Source: Octopus bimaculoides (taxonomy: Eukaryota). From it: DNA of 64,000 nt. The stretch covers positions 24,298,581-24,362,580 of the forward strand of contig NC_068987.1 in NCBI RefSeq assembly GCF_001194135.2, given 5' to 3'. Below the pieces are notes generated by a model. It did no database searches. It saw nothing but the letters and a program-made list of their open reading frames with translations, and had not been told where the DNA came from. The translations under genes and the position numbers were made by a program. Of the stretch, positions 10,855 to 22,178 are shown in pieces. The first letter of the stretch is position 1. Every line of letters starts with the position of its first letter.

Positions 10855-12048
10855 ATGAATGACATTATGGAAGAGAGACTGAGTGAGAGTGAGGAAATAC
10901 AATATGAGAATAATGATTTTCCTCAACCAGATAAAAAAGGTATGCAGATGAAATCATATGGCTGTGACATCAGTGCAAACCCCTTCATGAATATTAAGGA
11001 CACCAGTGAACACAATTTACTTGATACAAAATCAAATGTTTACCACTGTAAATTTTGTGATAAAGATTTTACTACATGTAGTTCTTTGCTATCACACAAA
11101 TGTATTCACACAGATGAGAAAACATTTCTCTGTGATATCTGTGGTAAAATTTTCTCTTGTAAGGATGACTTGACTGTTCACAAATGTACACAGACAAGTA
11201 AGAAAACATTCAACTGTGATGTCTGTGGGAAAATGTTTTATAAGAATTATGATTTAACTCGTCATGTACGTATTCACACAGGTGAAAAACCATTCCGCTG
11301 TGATATCTGTGGTAAAACATTTTGCCAGCAGTCTCAATTAAATGTTCACATACGTACTCACACAGGTGAGAAACCATATCATTGTGATATCTGTGGTAAA
11401 ACATTCTCTACAAATACTTTAATTCGTCACATACGTACTCACACAGGTGAGAAACCATACCACTGTGATAACTGTGGCAAATCATTTTCTCGAAATTATA
11501 AATTGATGAGTCACAAATGTACTCAGGCTAATGAGAAGCTACACTCCTGTGATGTCTGTGGTAAAACATTCTCTCAGAATTCTGTCTTAGTTCATCACAT
11601 GCGTATTCACACAGGTGAGAAACCTTACCACTGTGATATCTGTGGCAAAAAATTTTCTGCAAGTTCTCACTTAACTCGTCATGTACGTACTCACACAGGT
11701 GAGAAACCCTACCACTGTGATATCTGTGGCAAAGCATTCTTTTGTAATAGTGAATTGACTATACACATATTTAGTCATACAGGTGAGAAACCACATAATT
11801 GTGTTATCTGTAGTAAAACATTTACTACAAAATTTCACTTAACTCGTCACACACGAACTCACACAGGTGAAAAACCATACCATTGTGATATATGTGATAA
11901 ATCATTTTCCACAAATTATCAGTTAACTGTTCACAAATGTTCTTACATGAGTGCGAATGCATACTACTGTGGTATCTGTGGTAAAACATTTTACCGACAT
12001 GGAGATTTCACTATTCACAAGCGTACTCATACAGGTGAAAGTATATAA
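10855..12048 (+). CDS. C2H2 zinc-finger protein ZNF2 (397 aa, 12 fingers, 3 lacking the last His)
   Basis: Intact ORF; acidic N-terminus of about 60 aa, then a finger array with TGEKP linkers. Confidence 0.93.
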   Translation: MNDIMEERLSESEEIQYENNDFPQPDKKGMQMKSYGCDISANPFMNIKDTSEHNLLDTKSNVYHCKFCDKDFTTCSSLLSHKCIHTDEKTFLCDICGKIFSCKDDLTVHKCTQTSKKTFNCDVCGKMFYKNYDLTRHVRIHTGEKPFRCDICGKTFCQQSQLNVHIRTHTGEKPYHCDICGKTFSTNTLIRHIRTHTGEKPYHCDNCGKSFSRNYKLMSHKCTQANEKLHSCDVCGKTFSQNSVLVHHMRIHTGEKPYHCDICGKKFSASSHLTRHVRTHTGEKPYHCDICGKAFFCNSELTIHIFSHTGEKPHNCVICSKTFTTKFHLTRHTRTHTGEKPYHCDICDKSFSTNYQLTVHKCSYMSANAYYCGICGKTFYRHGDFTIHKRTHTGESI

Positions 12049-12699
12049 CTGATATCTGTGCTGAAACATTCCAAGGAAATTCCCACTTGATTTATCGTGT
12101 ATGTACTTCTACAAGCGCAAAATTATATCACTGATATCTGTAGTAAATCATTTTCTCAGGATTATGATCAGACTATTCACAGTTGTACTCCCACAAGTTA
12201 GAACCCATACTACTGATCCACATTACCATAGTTAATTTGTCTACTGAATGTGTTGCTAGGATCCAAGTCAGTTCTAATTTGTTATGGCTGCCCTTACTAC
12301 TTAATGTTTTGACGCAATTTCTACAGCAGGATCCTCTTCCTAACTGTAAACCAATTTACAGAGTGTACTGGGTTCATTTTGTCATGGCTCCAGCTCTAGA
12401 AAGATTGTCATGTCCTTGACATGACAGCCTCTCACTCTTTGTGCTTGTTTGTCAGCCACTTTATGGACTTGTCTTCCACTCATAAGAGTTCTCACTTAAC
12501 TACATTGTTTCTGTTTGTTAAGCACAACGTAGAAGAGATGGCAGTTGTAGAAGATGGACTTTGGTCAGACAGACGAAGACACAATATTATGAAACGGAAA
12601 CAATGATTGTGGTGACAGTATGAAAGAGGAGGGAGAAATGGAAAATGTATGAGGAGAAGTACTGGAAGAGACAAAGTAATGGCAAGAATGTGATGGATG

Positions 12700-13180
12700 T
12701 CAAGTGGAGTAGTAATTAGTCATACAGAAGGCTAGTGTTAGCTTCTGAGAGAGTATGCAAAGTGATGAGTAATTGAGATGATGATAGAGTGTGATGGATG
12801 TTAATAAAAGAGTGAACTGATGGAGAGGGAGTATGATTAGTTATGTGGGAGGGTAAATGGAGAGGTCTGTTGGATAACAACAGATCCAATGCAAATCTTC
12901 ATTACTCAGGAACTATGATGAGAGAAAGAAAGGAGTAGTTTTGTATGGTCGTTGGTGAGAAAAGAGATCTCATGTCTTTCTTCATCAGAAAACTGTTATA
13001 GGTGAGGAGTGAAAGAAAGATGAGAGGATATTGAATAGGGATGAGAGACAGCAGGAGATCAGTATGGACAAAATGGGCAAAAGATTGAGATATTGATATA
13101 TTCCAGTCTCCCACCATTACTCCCATTTTAATGTACATTTTTCTATGCTTACATAGATGGTTAGGTCTTCTCAAGCATCA
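12700..13180 (-). mobile_element. Degraded LINE endonuclease-like fragment
   Basis: Minus-strand VMVGDWNI resembles the APE endonuclease GDFN motif; otherwise decayed. Confidence 0.35.
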
Positions 13181-13833
13181 TGTATTACTAATCAACATAG
13201 TCTTTTATTTTCTCTATGAGCTGTAACATCTTAATATGAGTTTTCCTTTCTTCACTCTAAGTCTTCCTTAATCTCTCTCTCTTTTACAGATTCCTTTCAC
13301 ATTGTACACAGTGCAGACTGTAAATATAGTAAAGTTACTGGGTTTTAGAGTGCAATAGTCCTACATAAGTGATACATAGGAGAGAATTCTTTAGTTTTGT
13401 GTGAGTGTGAGACTTTGTGTTTCTGTTGTTTGACATTTACATTTGACATTTTCCCAATGGTTTGAAATTTATCTTTAAATATAGATAAAAGCTCTAGCTT
13501 ATTTTTGTAAACTTTGTTCCACGATGCTTATTATAAAAGCATCTATATTATACTAGACTGGAAAATGCAAGCAAAGGATAATAATATTAACTATTTAATA
13601 AATCTGGATTAATACAGGACAAGAAGTAAGTTTAGAATAAAAGAAAAGAGTTTTAAATTTGAATGAGTTGCCAATTGAATAAAACATTCAAATAAGCCAA
13701 GCCATTCAATACTGATCAACCATCTTTCACCTAAGAAGTAAGCTTAAAATACAGCAACTAAATATAAAATTTGATAAAAATAATCTGATGCTTCATCATA
13801 AATTCCCATGTATCAAAAATGAATATTTTCAAA

Positions 13834-14078
13834 TCATCATCATCATCATCATCGTTTAACGTCCGCTTTCCATGCTAGCATGGGTTGGACGATTTGACTG
13901 AGGACTGGCAAGCCAGAAGGCTGCACCAGGCTCCAATCTGATCTGGCATAGTTTCTACAGCTGGATGCCCTTCCTAACACCAACCACTCCAAGAGTGTAG
14001 TGGGTGTTTTTATGTGCCACCGGCATGAGGGCCAGTCACAGTACTGGCAACGGCCACACTCAAAAGGGTGTTTTTTAC
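13834..14078 (-). mobile_element. RTE-type LINE 3' end
   Basis: (CAT)n-cgtttaacgtccgctttccatgctagcatgggttggacg..., near-identical to the other copies. Confidence 0.85.
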
Positions 14079-14760
14079 GAATGAGATTAAAAATTATATA
14101 AACATATGAGGGTGAATTAATAAAATTATATGTGATAAATAAAATAAAATAATGTTCCGAGTTAATTTTAATTGGTTNNNNNNNNNNNNNNNNNNNNNNN
14201 NNNNNNNNNNNNNNNNNNNNNNNNNNNNNNNNNNNNNNNNNNNNNNNNNNNNNNNNNNNNNNNNNNNNNNNNNNNNNNNNNNNNNNNNNNNNNNNNNNNN
14301 NNNNNNNNNNNNNNNNNNNNNNNNNNNNNNNNNNNNNNNNNNNNNNNNNNNNNNNNNNNNNNNNNNNNNNNNNNNNNNNNNNNNNNNNNNNNNNNNNNNN
14401 NNNNNNNNNNNNNNNNNNNNNNNNNNNNNNNNNNNNNNNNNNNNNNNNNNNNNNNNNNNNNNNNNNNNNNNNNNNNNNNNNNNNNNNNNNNNNNNNNNNN
14501 NNNNNNNNNNNNNNNNNNNNNNNNNNNNNNNNNNNNNNNNNNNNNNNNNNNNNNNNNNNNNNNNNNNNNNNNNNNNNNNNNNNNNNNNNNNNNNNNNNNN
14601 NNNNNNNNNNNNNNNNNNNNNNNNNNNNNNNNNNNNNNNNNNNNNNNNNNNNNNNNNNNNNNNNNNNNNNNNNNNNNNNNNNNNNNNNNNNNNNNNNNNN
14701 NNNNNNNNNNNNNNNNNNNNNNNNNNNNNNNNNNNNNNNNNNNNNNNNNNNNNNNNNNNN

Positions 14761-15657
14761 GGCCAAGGATTTCTGTTATCCTGATACCTCGGCCCGAAAG
14801 TTCTGAAAAGGCTGGTCAGCTGCTCCTCATCAAAGCCTAGAGTTTCCCGCAGGACATCATTGGACTTATGCTCTACCAACCCATAAAAGTCCGCAGTGGT
14901 AACCCTGCTGCCGGCGTTGCTCATCCGGGAAAAAAGAGTGAGTGCTTGTCTGCACTCTCTCTGCCATTCTCCCATCCTAGGTCTTCACTTGATCCATGCA
15001 TCTACATCCATAAGGGACTTCAATTGCAGAAAGAGTTGCTTGGCCAGCAGTGACCACACCTGTTCACCATCCAGGTAGCACCGGAGATGCCTCAGCTTCA
15101 GCATGTACTTGCACATCATCAGCTAGGGCATCCCCAGCCCACCCTTTAACGGTTTTTGGCAGCAGATGGAGCACCTCACAAGTGGCGTTTTCCCTCTTCA
15201 CAAAAAGTGGAAAAGGATCCGTTCCAACTGATTAAACCACAAACCGGGGCAAGGCACGATGGTTAGGCGGTAGGTTATCACTGATGCTATAAACACCTGT
15301 GCAACCTCAGCCCTTCCCTTTAGGATAACGTCCTCCCAGGCTAAGTCTGGGCTCGGGCCGTTATCTTGCTCGCCACCTTGCTCCAGTTCTTCTCCACCTG
15401 GAGATCTGGTCCAAACCAGATCCTGAGCATTTTAACCGGGCCTTCTGTCCAGCATCCGACGACGCTGTTGGGAGGCATTGACTTTCCCCACCATTGACTT
15501 TCTCCTGGTTAATTTTAGCTCCTGCCATCACTTCGTATCCTTTGATGGCGTCTTCTACACAAAGTAGCTGCCCTTCATCAGACACGATGATGGTGACATC
15601 ATCCGCATGTGCCGTCGCATTTCTCCCATAACACAGATCACGCGGGTCTGCCTCCAT
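14761..15657 (-). mobile_element. Tx1/L1-type non-LTR retrotransposon RT fragment
   Basis: AHADDVTIIVSD...YEVMAGAKINQEK matches the YADD...Y...SGAK(I/L)N..K pattern of Tx1/L1 RTs; frameshifted and truncated by a gap. Confidence 0.7.
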
Positions 15658-15869
15658 ATTTTTAAGGGTGTATCCTTTAAACTAGTTTTATGTTTGATTA
15701 TATCGTCATTTCTTTTCCATTCTAACAAAACTGTCTGATGAACGGGAACATGAAAATCTGAGTAACAGTTTTTGTAAAATTTCTGCTGCTTTTAATAAAG
15801 CATATTACTCTACCTCTGGTATTTTAGTGCTCTTTTTTCCAACTTGTTTCACATTCATGTGCTTACTCC

Positions 15870-15935
15870 GGTATGTATGTATGTATGTATGTGCGTGTAT
15901 GTATGTATGTATGTAATGTAATGTATGTATGTATA
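15870..15935. repeat. (TATG)n microsatellite
   Basis: Direct reading. Confidence 0.85.
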
Positions 15936-15987
15936 AAGCGAGATTTCTATATATCTTAAATTTGCGGAAAAATTTGTGGTGAGAGCA

Positions 15988-16929
15988 GTTCAGCTTAAAG
16001 GTGAAGCATCAGTTTTGGTGTGCAAGAGAGACGATTGTGCTGGTATGGTCATGTGGCGAGAATGGATGAGGATAGCTGTGTAAAAAAGTGCCACACCCTA
16101 GCGGTTGAGGGAACCTGTGGAAGAGGCAGGCCCAGGAAGACCTGGGATGAGGTGGTGAAGCATGACCTCCGAACATTAGGCCTCACCGAGGCAATAATTT
16201 GTGACTGAGACCTTTGGAAATATGCTGTGCGTGAGAAGACCCGGCAAGCCAAGTGAGACCAAAATCCAAGGCCTCTGCCAGGGATGTAGCCAGCCCCCTT
16301 ACGCGTAACATTCCTTCATTGGACACTAAACTCCGCTTACGAAGACCTGTTGAGGCAAGTGAAATTGAAATTGAAATCGAACTAAATCTGTAGACTAGCA
16401 CCCATGCCAACGTCTCTTCATTGAACACTAAACTCAGCTTGCGAAGACCTGTTGGGGCAAGCGAAAGCAAAATCGTGATGGTACCCGTACCAGTAGATCA
16501 CTAAGAGCACCGTCCAAGCATGATCGTTGCCAGAGAACCAGCTGTCTGGCTTCCGTGCCGGTGGCACGTAAATCGCACCATTTGAGCGTGATTGTTACCA
16601 ATGTCACCTTCCTGGCACTTGGGTATGTGAAAAGACATTCAAGCAAGTTCGTTGCCAGTATTGGACTGGCTCCTGTGGAGGTGGCACATAAAATACACCA
16701 TTTCGAGCATGGCCGTTGCCAGTACCTCCTGACTGGCCTTTGTGCCGGTGGCACGTAAAAGCACCCACTACACTCTCGGAGTGGTTGGCGTTAGGAAGGG
16801 CATCCAGCTGTAGAAACTCTGCCAAATCAGATTGGAGCCTGGTGTAGCCATCTGGTTCACCAGTCCTCAGTCAAATTGTCCAACCCATGCTACCATGGAA
16901 AGCGGACGTTAAACGATGATGATGATGAT
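15988..16929 (+). mobile_element. 5'-truncated RTE-clade LINE with long 3' UTR and (GAT)n tail
   Basis: ORF 16020-16208 RRLCWYGHVARMD...GRGRPRKTWDEVVKHDL is the typical RTE ORF C-terminus; ends gttaaac(gat)n; flanked by a 9-bp duplication GTGAGAGCA at 15979-15987 and 16930-16938. Confidence 0.88.
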
Positions 16930-17000
16930 GTGAGAGCACTGCGACGCGTAATCATGGGGGTGTGAGTTCGAGTCTCATAGCTAGCCGCCAACACTTTTTT
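16930..17000 (+). pseudogene. 3' part of a decayed tRNA-like gene (anticodon CGT, Thr-like); 5' part at 15964-15987
   Basis: T-arm gtgag-TTCGAGT-ctcat, B-box GTTCGAGTC, loop cgCGTaa, gccgcca end, T6 tract at 16995-17000; rejoined length about 76 nt. Confidence 0.55.
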
Positions 17001-17299
17001 CTGCAAATTAGGGGTAGTTTATCCTGTTCAGGCTATATTATTAACATTATCCTACGTTTGATAATTTTAAAAAATCACTTCTTTAACTTTCTAAGACACC
17101 TCGACGCTTCTAAAGCAAACTTCGTTTGTTTGTTTACTTTCATCGTAATTTGTGTGTGTGTGTGTATATATATATATTTTGCTTCTTCTTAAGAATATAT
17201 ATGTTCTTATAATATGCACAAAAGGTTATTTGTATACGAGAGGCTCCTTATTATCTTTATGAACTATCTTTCGAATTTATTTCGACGTAGAGCATTATC

Positions 17300-17427
17300 T
17301 TGAAGCTTCACTTATTCGTTTCGGTAATTCAGAGGAGCATTGTACTTTTTTGCAAACCCCATTGTCGTTGGTCCCAATTTTAATAACACCGTTTTCTTCC
17401 TCTTATCCCACATTTCTTTATGTAAGC
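17300..17427 (+). other. Predicted ZNF3 non-coding exon 1 with donor GTAAGC at 17422
   Basis: ttat|gtaagcatcatttatat...aaatttctctttta aligns with the donor blocks at 29303, 38254, 52074 (minus) and 53778. Exon start uncertain. Confidence 0.5.
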
Positions 17428-18440
17428 ATCATTTATATATATTTTTACATATTTCTTATCGAGAAAATTTCTCTTTTAAATTTATTATTCTACTTCATCT
17501 GCATAATTCCTTCTCCTTGCAATAACCTGTTTTCTTTCGTCTTTATTTTTGCTTGTTTTCGTTTTCTCTGATTTTTCTCTTCATTTAAACTCCAGTTAAT
17601 ATTGTTTTCAAGGAGTAACGGCATTCTTTCGATATAGATATTTTGAGTATATTTTTGTTCTATTTCTTTAACCATGTTTTTTACTCTTGTTTTTATTCTG
17701 TAGTCCTCTCGAGGACTGATAGGCAGAAGTGTTGACTAAGAGAAAGAAGTTTAGATGTTTTACGAAATAGCGGCTAGACCCTACTTATTCTCATTACATG
17801 TGATTTGCCTAAAGTAAACCTAATCGGTTAATGTTTACGTCTTCGGATGACATTTTATTGTACAAACACCTTAAATATGAACAGTGATTCCTGTTCCTTA
17901 TAGCGAAACCCATCAGTCTTAGAATCTTGGACAACTTTGTGGCGGATGCAATTCAATACCTCCAAATTTGTATTCGCGACTTTTCGTGTTGTAAAGTTTC
18001 TTGGTTTTATAATACAAACTTTCTTTTAAAGTGATCTAAATTTAAACCTTCCATCAAACTTTCGTTTTAATTCATGTTACAAACATCAGCTTAATACTGA
18101 CAGTTATTTTACTAAATTCTTCATTATTTTAAAAATTAATCGAAACAATGGCAGTGCATTTCAAGAGACATTTGGTAAAGAGAGTTAATATTATTTTAAA
18201 CAGCATAAATCCCAATGAAGTATTTGATTAAAGGAAGTCAGGCATTTACTATGTAAAAGGTAACTATGAGGATAATAGTAGTGATAATGATTGTCTATCT
18301 CCTTTCAAATGACCGGCTCATAAGTCATATGTGATTGGAGGACTGGAAGAAGACATTCGGACGGAGTCAAAGTCTTGTAGACAAGAATTATGTTATTAAA
18401 GAACAGTTTATATTCTTTGTTGGTCATCAATGTAAGTTAC

Positions 18441-18547
18441 GGTAAATTTTCAGATTAACACCCGCACGATTTTCACTAGGGTGTTAGGGTTAGGGTTTAG
18501 GGTTACGGTTAGGGTTAGGGAATTCCGTCCCTAACCCTAATCCTAAC
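18441..18547. mobile_element. One-ended copy of the telomere-repeat MITE
   Basis: ggtaaattttcagattaacacccgcacgattttcactag, then (TTAGGG)n-aattccgt-(CCCTAA)n. Confidence 0.8.
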
Positions 18548-18651
18548 AAATATGTTGGTACTTCTTTCCTATGAAATCCTTGTAATAACGTTACTACAAT
18601 AGTTTTCACGATTGTAAATGTTTGAGAAAAGAAAGGAATTGTAGGTGTGTC

Positions 18652-18900
18652 CTCCTCATCATCATTTAACATCTGTTTTCCATGCTGGCATGGGTTAGAT
18701 GGTAAGCTAGAGAGCTGTGCCTGGCTCCAGTCTGTTTGGCTTGCTTTCAACAGCTGGATGCCCTCCTCAGCACCAACCACTCTACAGTGCATTGGGTGTC
18801 CTTCCTGTGTCACCAGCATGGGTGCTGATTTACATATCACTGGCACTGGTCATGACCACGATTTCACTTCGCTTGAAGTGTGTTCTCAAGCACAGCAAAT
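18652..18900 (-). mobile_element. Diverged RTE-type 3' end
   Basis: catcatcatttaacatctgttttccatgctggcatggg...cagctggatgccctcctcagcaccaaccac. Confidence 0.7.
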
Positions 18901-19174
18901 TGCCAGAAGCCTCTGTTACTTGTCATTGCCTCTGTGAAACTCAACAATCAAAGGTCATATTTCACCACTTCATCCCATGTCTTCTTAGGTCTACCTCTTC
19001 TGCAGGCTCCCTCCACAATTAGAGATCGGCACTTCTTTATCCAGCTATCCTTGTCCATACACATTACACAGCTGTCTGAAAACTACAATAGAGTTGGCAG
19101 TTGTCTTATCTCTGGAAATATGTTCTGATTCTTTTTATTATAATTTTCAGTTCCAATAAAACTCGTGTTAACAC

Positions 19175-19225
19175 TTCATTGTCCTTTATGTCTTATGTTG
19201 TCTTTTTATTTCAGGTTATCTGATG
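19175..19225 (+). other. Predicted splice acceptor of the ZNF3 coding exon (exon from 19215)
   Basis: cttcattgtcctttatgtcttatgttgtctttttatttcag|gttatctgatg, conserved among paralogues. Confidence 0.7.
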
Positions 19226-19825
19226 GTTTTAAGGTAAAAAGTTTTCACTAAAGATGATCAACATATGAAGTTTGAAGATTAAAATTAACTTCATTAAGCT
19301 ATGTCAGCCTGTTAATACAAAATCCTTGGAATTGAGATTATTTACTGTAATACCAAAACCAACAACAGAAGGAAGGCTGTAGTAACAGTATCAACAACAT
19401 ATGTAGTACTTCAGCATGACTGCAGTCCTTTTGTTACAACTACTGCTACAGTAAAATATTAATTAGACTGAAGATATAAAGACTAAAAACTTCATCAAGC
19501 TGATGTCAGCCTGTTTCTGAAACTCTTAGTTGAATGGATGTGAACTATTACCTTGGAATTGAGATTGTTTGCAAAAATTCCTACATAAATGTTTACAGGA
19601 AAATTTTCTTTATAAATTAATTTAGAAAGCTATACTGTGAACTTTTTATAATTTTATACTTTAAGAATTTCATATCTGGATTTATCTTGTTAATTGGAAC
19701 GACTTTAATGATATTTTAGTTGTTGGCTGTCACAAGATAAACTAATAAATCCCTTTGAAATGTTTTTTAACAGTTAAGACTTTACAAAGAATATCACACA
19801 GAAAATTAGATAAAAAGTAAAAGTT

Positions 19826-20803
19826 ATGAATAAAAAAGCAGAACCCCAAAATATTGATTCATCAGAAGAGAAATCACATTCTTGTGATATATGCAGAAAG
19901 TTATTCACAACAAAAAAGAATTTAATTCAACATAAATTAATCCATTCATTCTCTAATCTTCATCAGTGTGAAGTTTGTGGCAAAAGATTCACTGCAAACA
20001 ATTTATTTTCTCGCCATAAATGTAGTCATCCAGGAAAAAAACTGCACCACTGTGATATCTGTGATGAAAATTTTTCTTCAAGTGGCAGTTTATCTTCCCA
20101 CAAGCGAATTCACACAGGAGAGAAACCATACCACTGTGATATCTGTGATAAAAATTTCTCTCAGAAAGGTAATTTATCTACCCACAAGCGTATCCACACA
20201 GGGGAGAAACCATATCTTTGTGTAGTTTGTAACAAAGCCTTCTCTGATAGTCGTAGTTTATTTATCCACAAACGTATTCACACTGGAGAAAAACCATATC
20301 ACTGTGAGATCTGTACTAAATCATTTTCTACAAGGGGTCATTTAACTTGTCACATACGTATTCACTCGGGAGAGAAACCATACCACTGTGATATCTGTGG
20401 TAAAATGTTTTCTGGAAGTGGTGACTTGTCTTCCCACAAACGTATTCACACAGGGGAAAGACCCTATCACTGTGACCTGTGTGGTGAAACGTTTTCTAGA
20501 AATCGTAATTTAACTTATCACAAACGTATCCACACTGGGGAGAAACCATACCAATGTGATATATGTAATGAAGCATTTTCTACAAGGGGTCATTTGTCTT
20601 GCCACATACGTATTCATACAGGAGAAAGACCATATCACTGTGATACCTGTGGCAAGACTTTCTCTCAAAGTGGTCATTTCTCTCGACACAAACGTATTCA
20701 CACTGGTGAAAGACCATACCAGTGTGATATCTGTAATGAAAAATTTTCCAGAAGTGATAATTTAACTCAGCATAAACATATCCACACAGGAGAGAAATCA
20801 TAG
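19826..20803 (+). CDS. C2H2 zinc-finger protein ZNF3 (325 aa, 11 fingers)
   Basis: Intact ORF; aaagttATG start context shared with paralogues. Confidence 0.94.
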   Translation: MNKKAEPQNIDSSEEKSHSCDICRKLFTTKKNLIQHKLIHSFSNLHQCEVCGKRFTANNLFSRHKCSHPGKKLHHCDICDENFSSSGSLSSHKRIHTGEKPYHCDICDKNFSQKGNLSTHKRIHTGEKPYLCVVCNKAFSDSRSLFIHKRIHTGEKPYHCEICTKSFSTRGHLTCHIRIHSGEKPYHCDICGKMFSGSGDLSSHKRIHTGERPYHCDLCGETFSRNRNLTYHKRIHTGEKPYQCDICNEAFSTRGHLSCHIRIHTGERPYHCDTCGKTFSQSGHFSRHKRIHTGERPYQCDICNEKFSRSDNLTQHKHIHTGEKS

Positions 20804-20852
20804 TTGTATATTTGTAGTATAACATTCTTTTCAAGTAACAATATATATATAT

Positions 20853-20858
20853 AATAAA
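20853..20858 (+). terminator. Candidate polyadenylation signal of ZNF3
   Basis: AATAAA in a block conserved after ZNF4 (33230) and ZNF7 (63028). Confidence 0.45.
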
Positions 20859-22178
20859 TGAATTTTTTTATGAATATCAGTGTTATGAATTTTAGCATGC
20901 AAGTATCATCATTATTTTAATGTCCATTATTCAATGGTATGCATCTAGAGCAATTGATGTTTCAATCCTATTAGCCCACCAGTATACCTTGACATCCTTT
21001 TCATTCCATTTTAATTTTACCTACTTCCAAGATGACAATGAGATATTGTGGAATTTTAATTAGCACTCTGGTTATTGCTTTGTTAATATTTAGTCTTTAG
21101 ACTAAATTATTCCAGGTTTTGAATTTTTTTTTTTTTTTTGTAGCATTTTTGACACATTTTGTTATTGCTGCTTCCAAAAGCAACAGTTTTGAATTAATTC
21201 TTGTATTATAGAATCAAGAACTATGATGAGCAGAAGGGGAATAAGGAAAGAAATGCTGTGGGCACCTAACTACATGAATAATTTACTGCTAATCTTAACT
21301 TTGCCTTATAGCATCTTCATACTTGGGTTAAATGGCTTTTGAAGGTCACTCATCTACATCTTATTTTTGCAGCACACACCAAACTATATTGTGTGTGATC
21401 CTATCAAAAAGTATTCTGATTGATAAATGCTAGATGGTTTATTCTTAACTAAAACCTCTTGTCATTTTGTAGAAGTATAGTATTTATGGTTCTACATCTA
21501 GACACAAGTACAAACTAAATCCAAACTAACTTTCTCCTGTACTGATTTACTAAAAAATGTTGTCAGCTTTTTCTAGACTTTGTCATCATCTACCATTGTT
21601 CATTCCCAGTACATCTTACTTCATCTTTGTTGCCATTAATGATAATACAGCTACACCAGTTTTCCTTCATCATCTAATTAGTTAATTGTCTAGTGTAGTG
21701 GGTACATTTCTTAGTTATTATCTATGATGGGACTGTCCACAACATAAAAGGTATTATGCATTCAACACAAATTAATCTGATTTTGTCATTGAATTGTGTC
21801 AGTGTCAACAGTTTTGTCAGCTCCAGTATTTGTGAAATGTGTGTTTAGTTATCTGAAAGTATGTCCAATGAAAATTAAAATTTTTGAACATAAAATACTG
21901 TATTTAATCTTTATGGAGAATGGGGTCAGGTGCAAATCATAAAAATATGTGATGCTCAACACTTGTTTTTTCTATTAACCTTTCTGTTATAGTCTCAGCC
22001 TCTCTACTATACTGATGAGCTTTTAAAAGTAACATTTTAATTCTGACTCTACAATTCCATTCACCCATGCTAATTTGTGTCTTTGTCCGAAAGTATTTCT
22101 ATTGTCTGCCATGTTACTGGCAATGATAGAAAATGAAATCTGACAATAAAAAGTTGAGCTCCTGACATGATATATATT

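Noticed and set aside
13834-18900. Inverted RTE 3'-end pairs as dsRNA editing substrates for ZNF mRNAs
   Set aside because: The opposite-orientation copies are not within one predicted transcription unit: 15988-16929 is upstream of ZNF3 exon 1 and the candidate poly(A) sites precede 33619.
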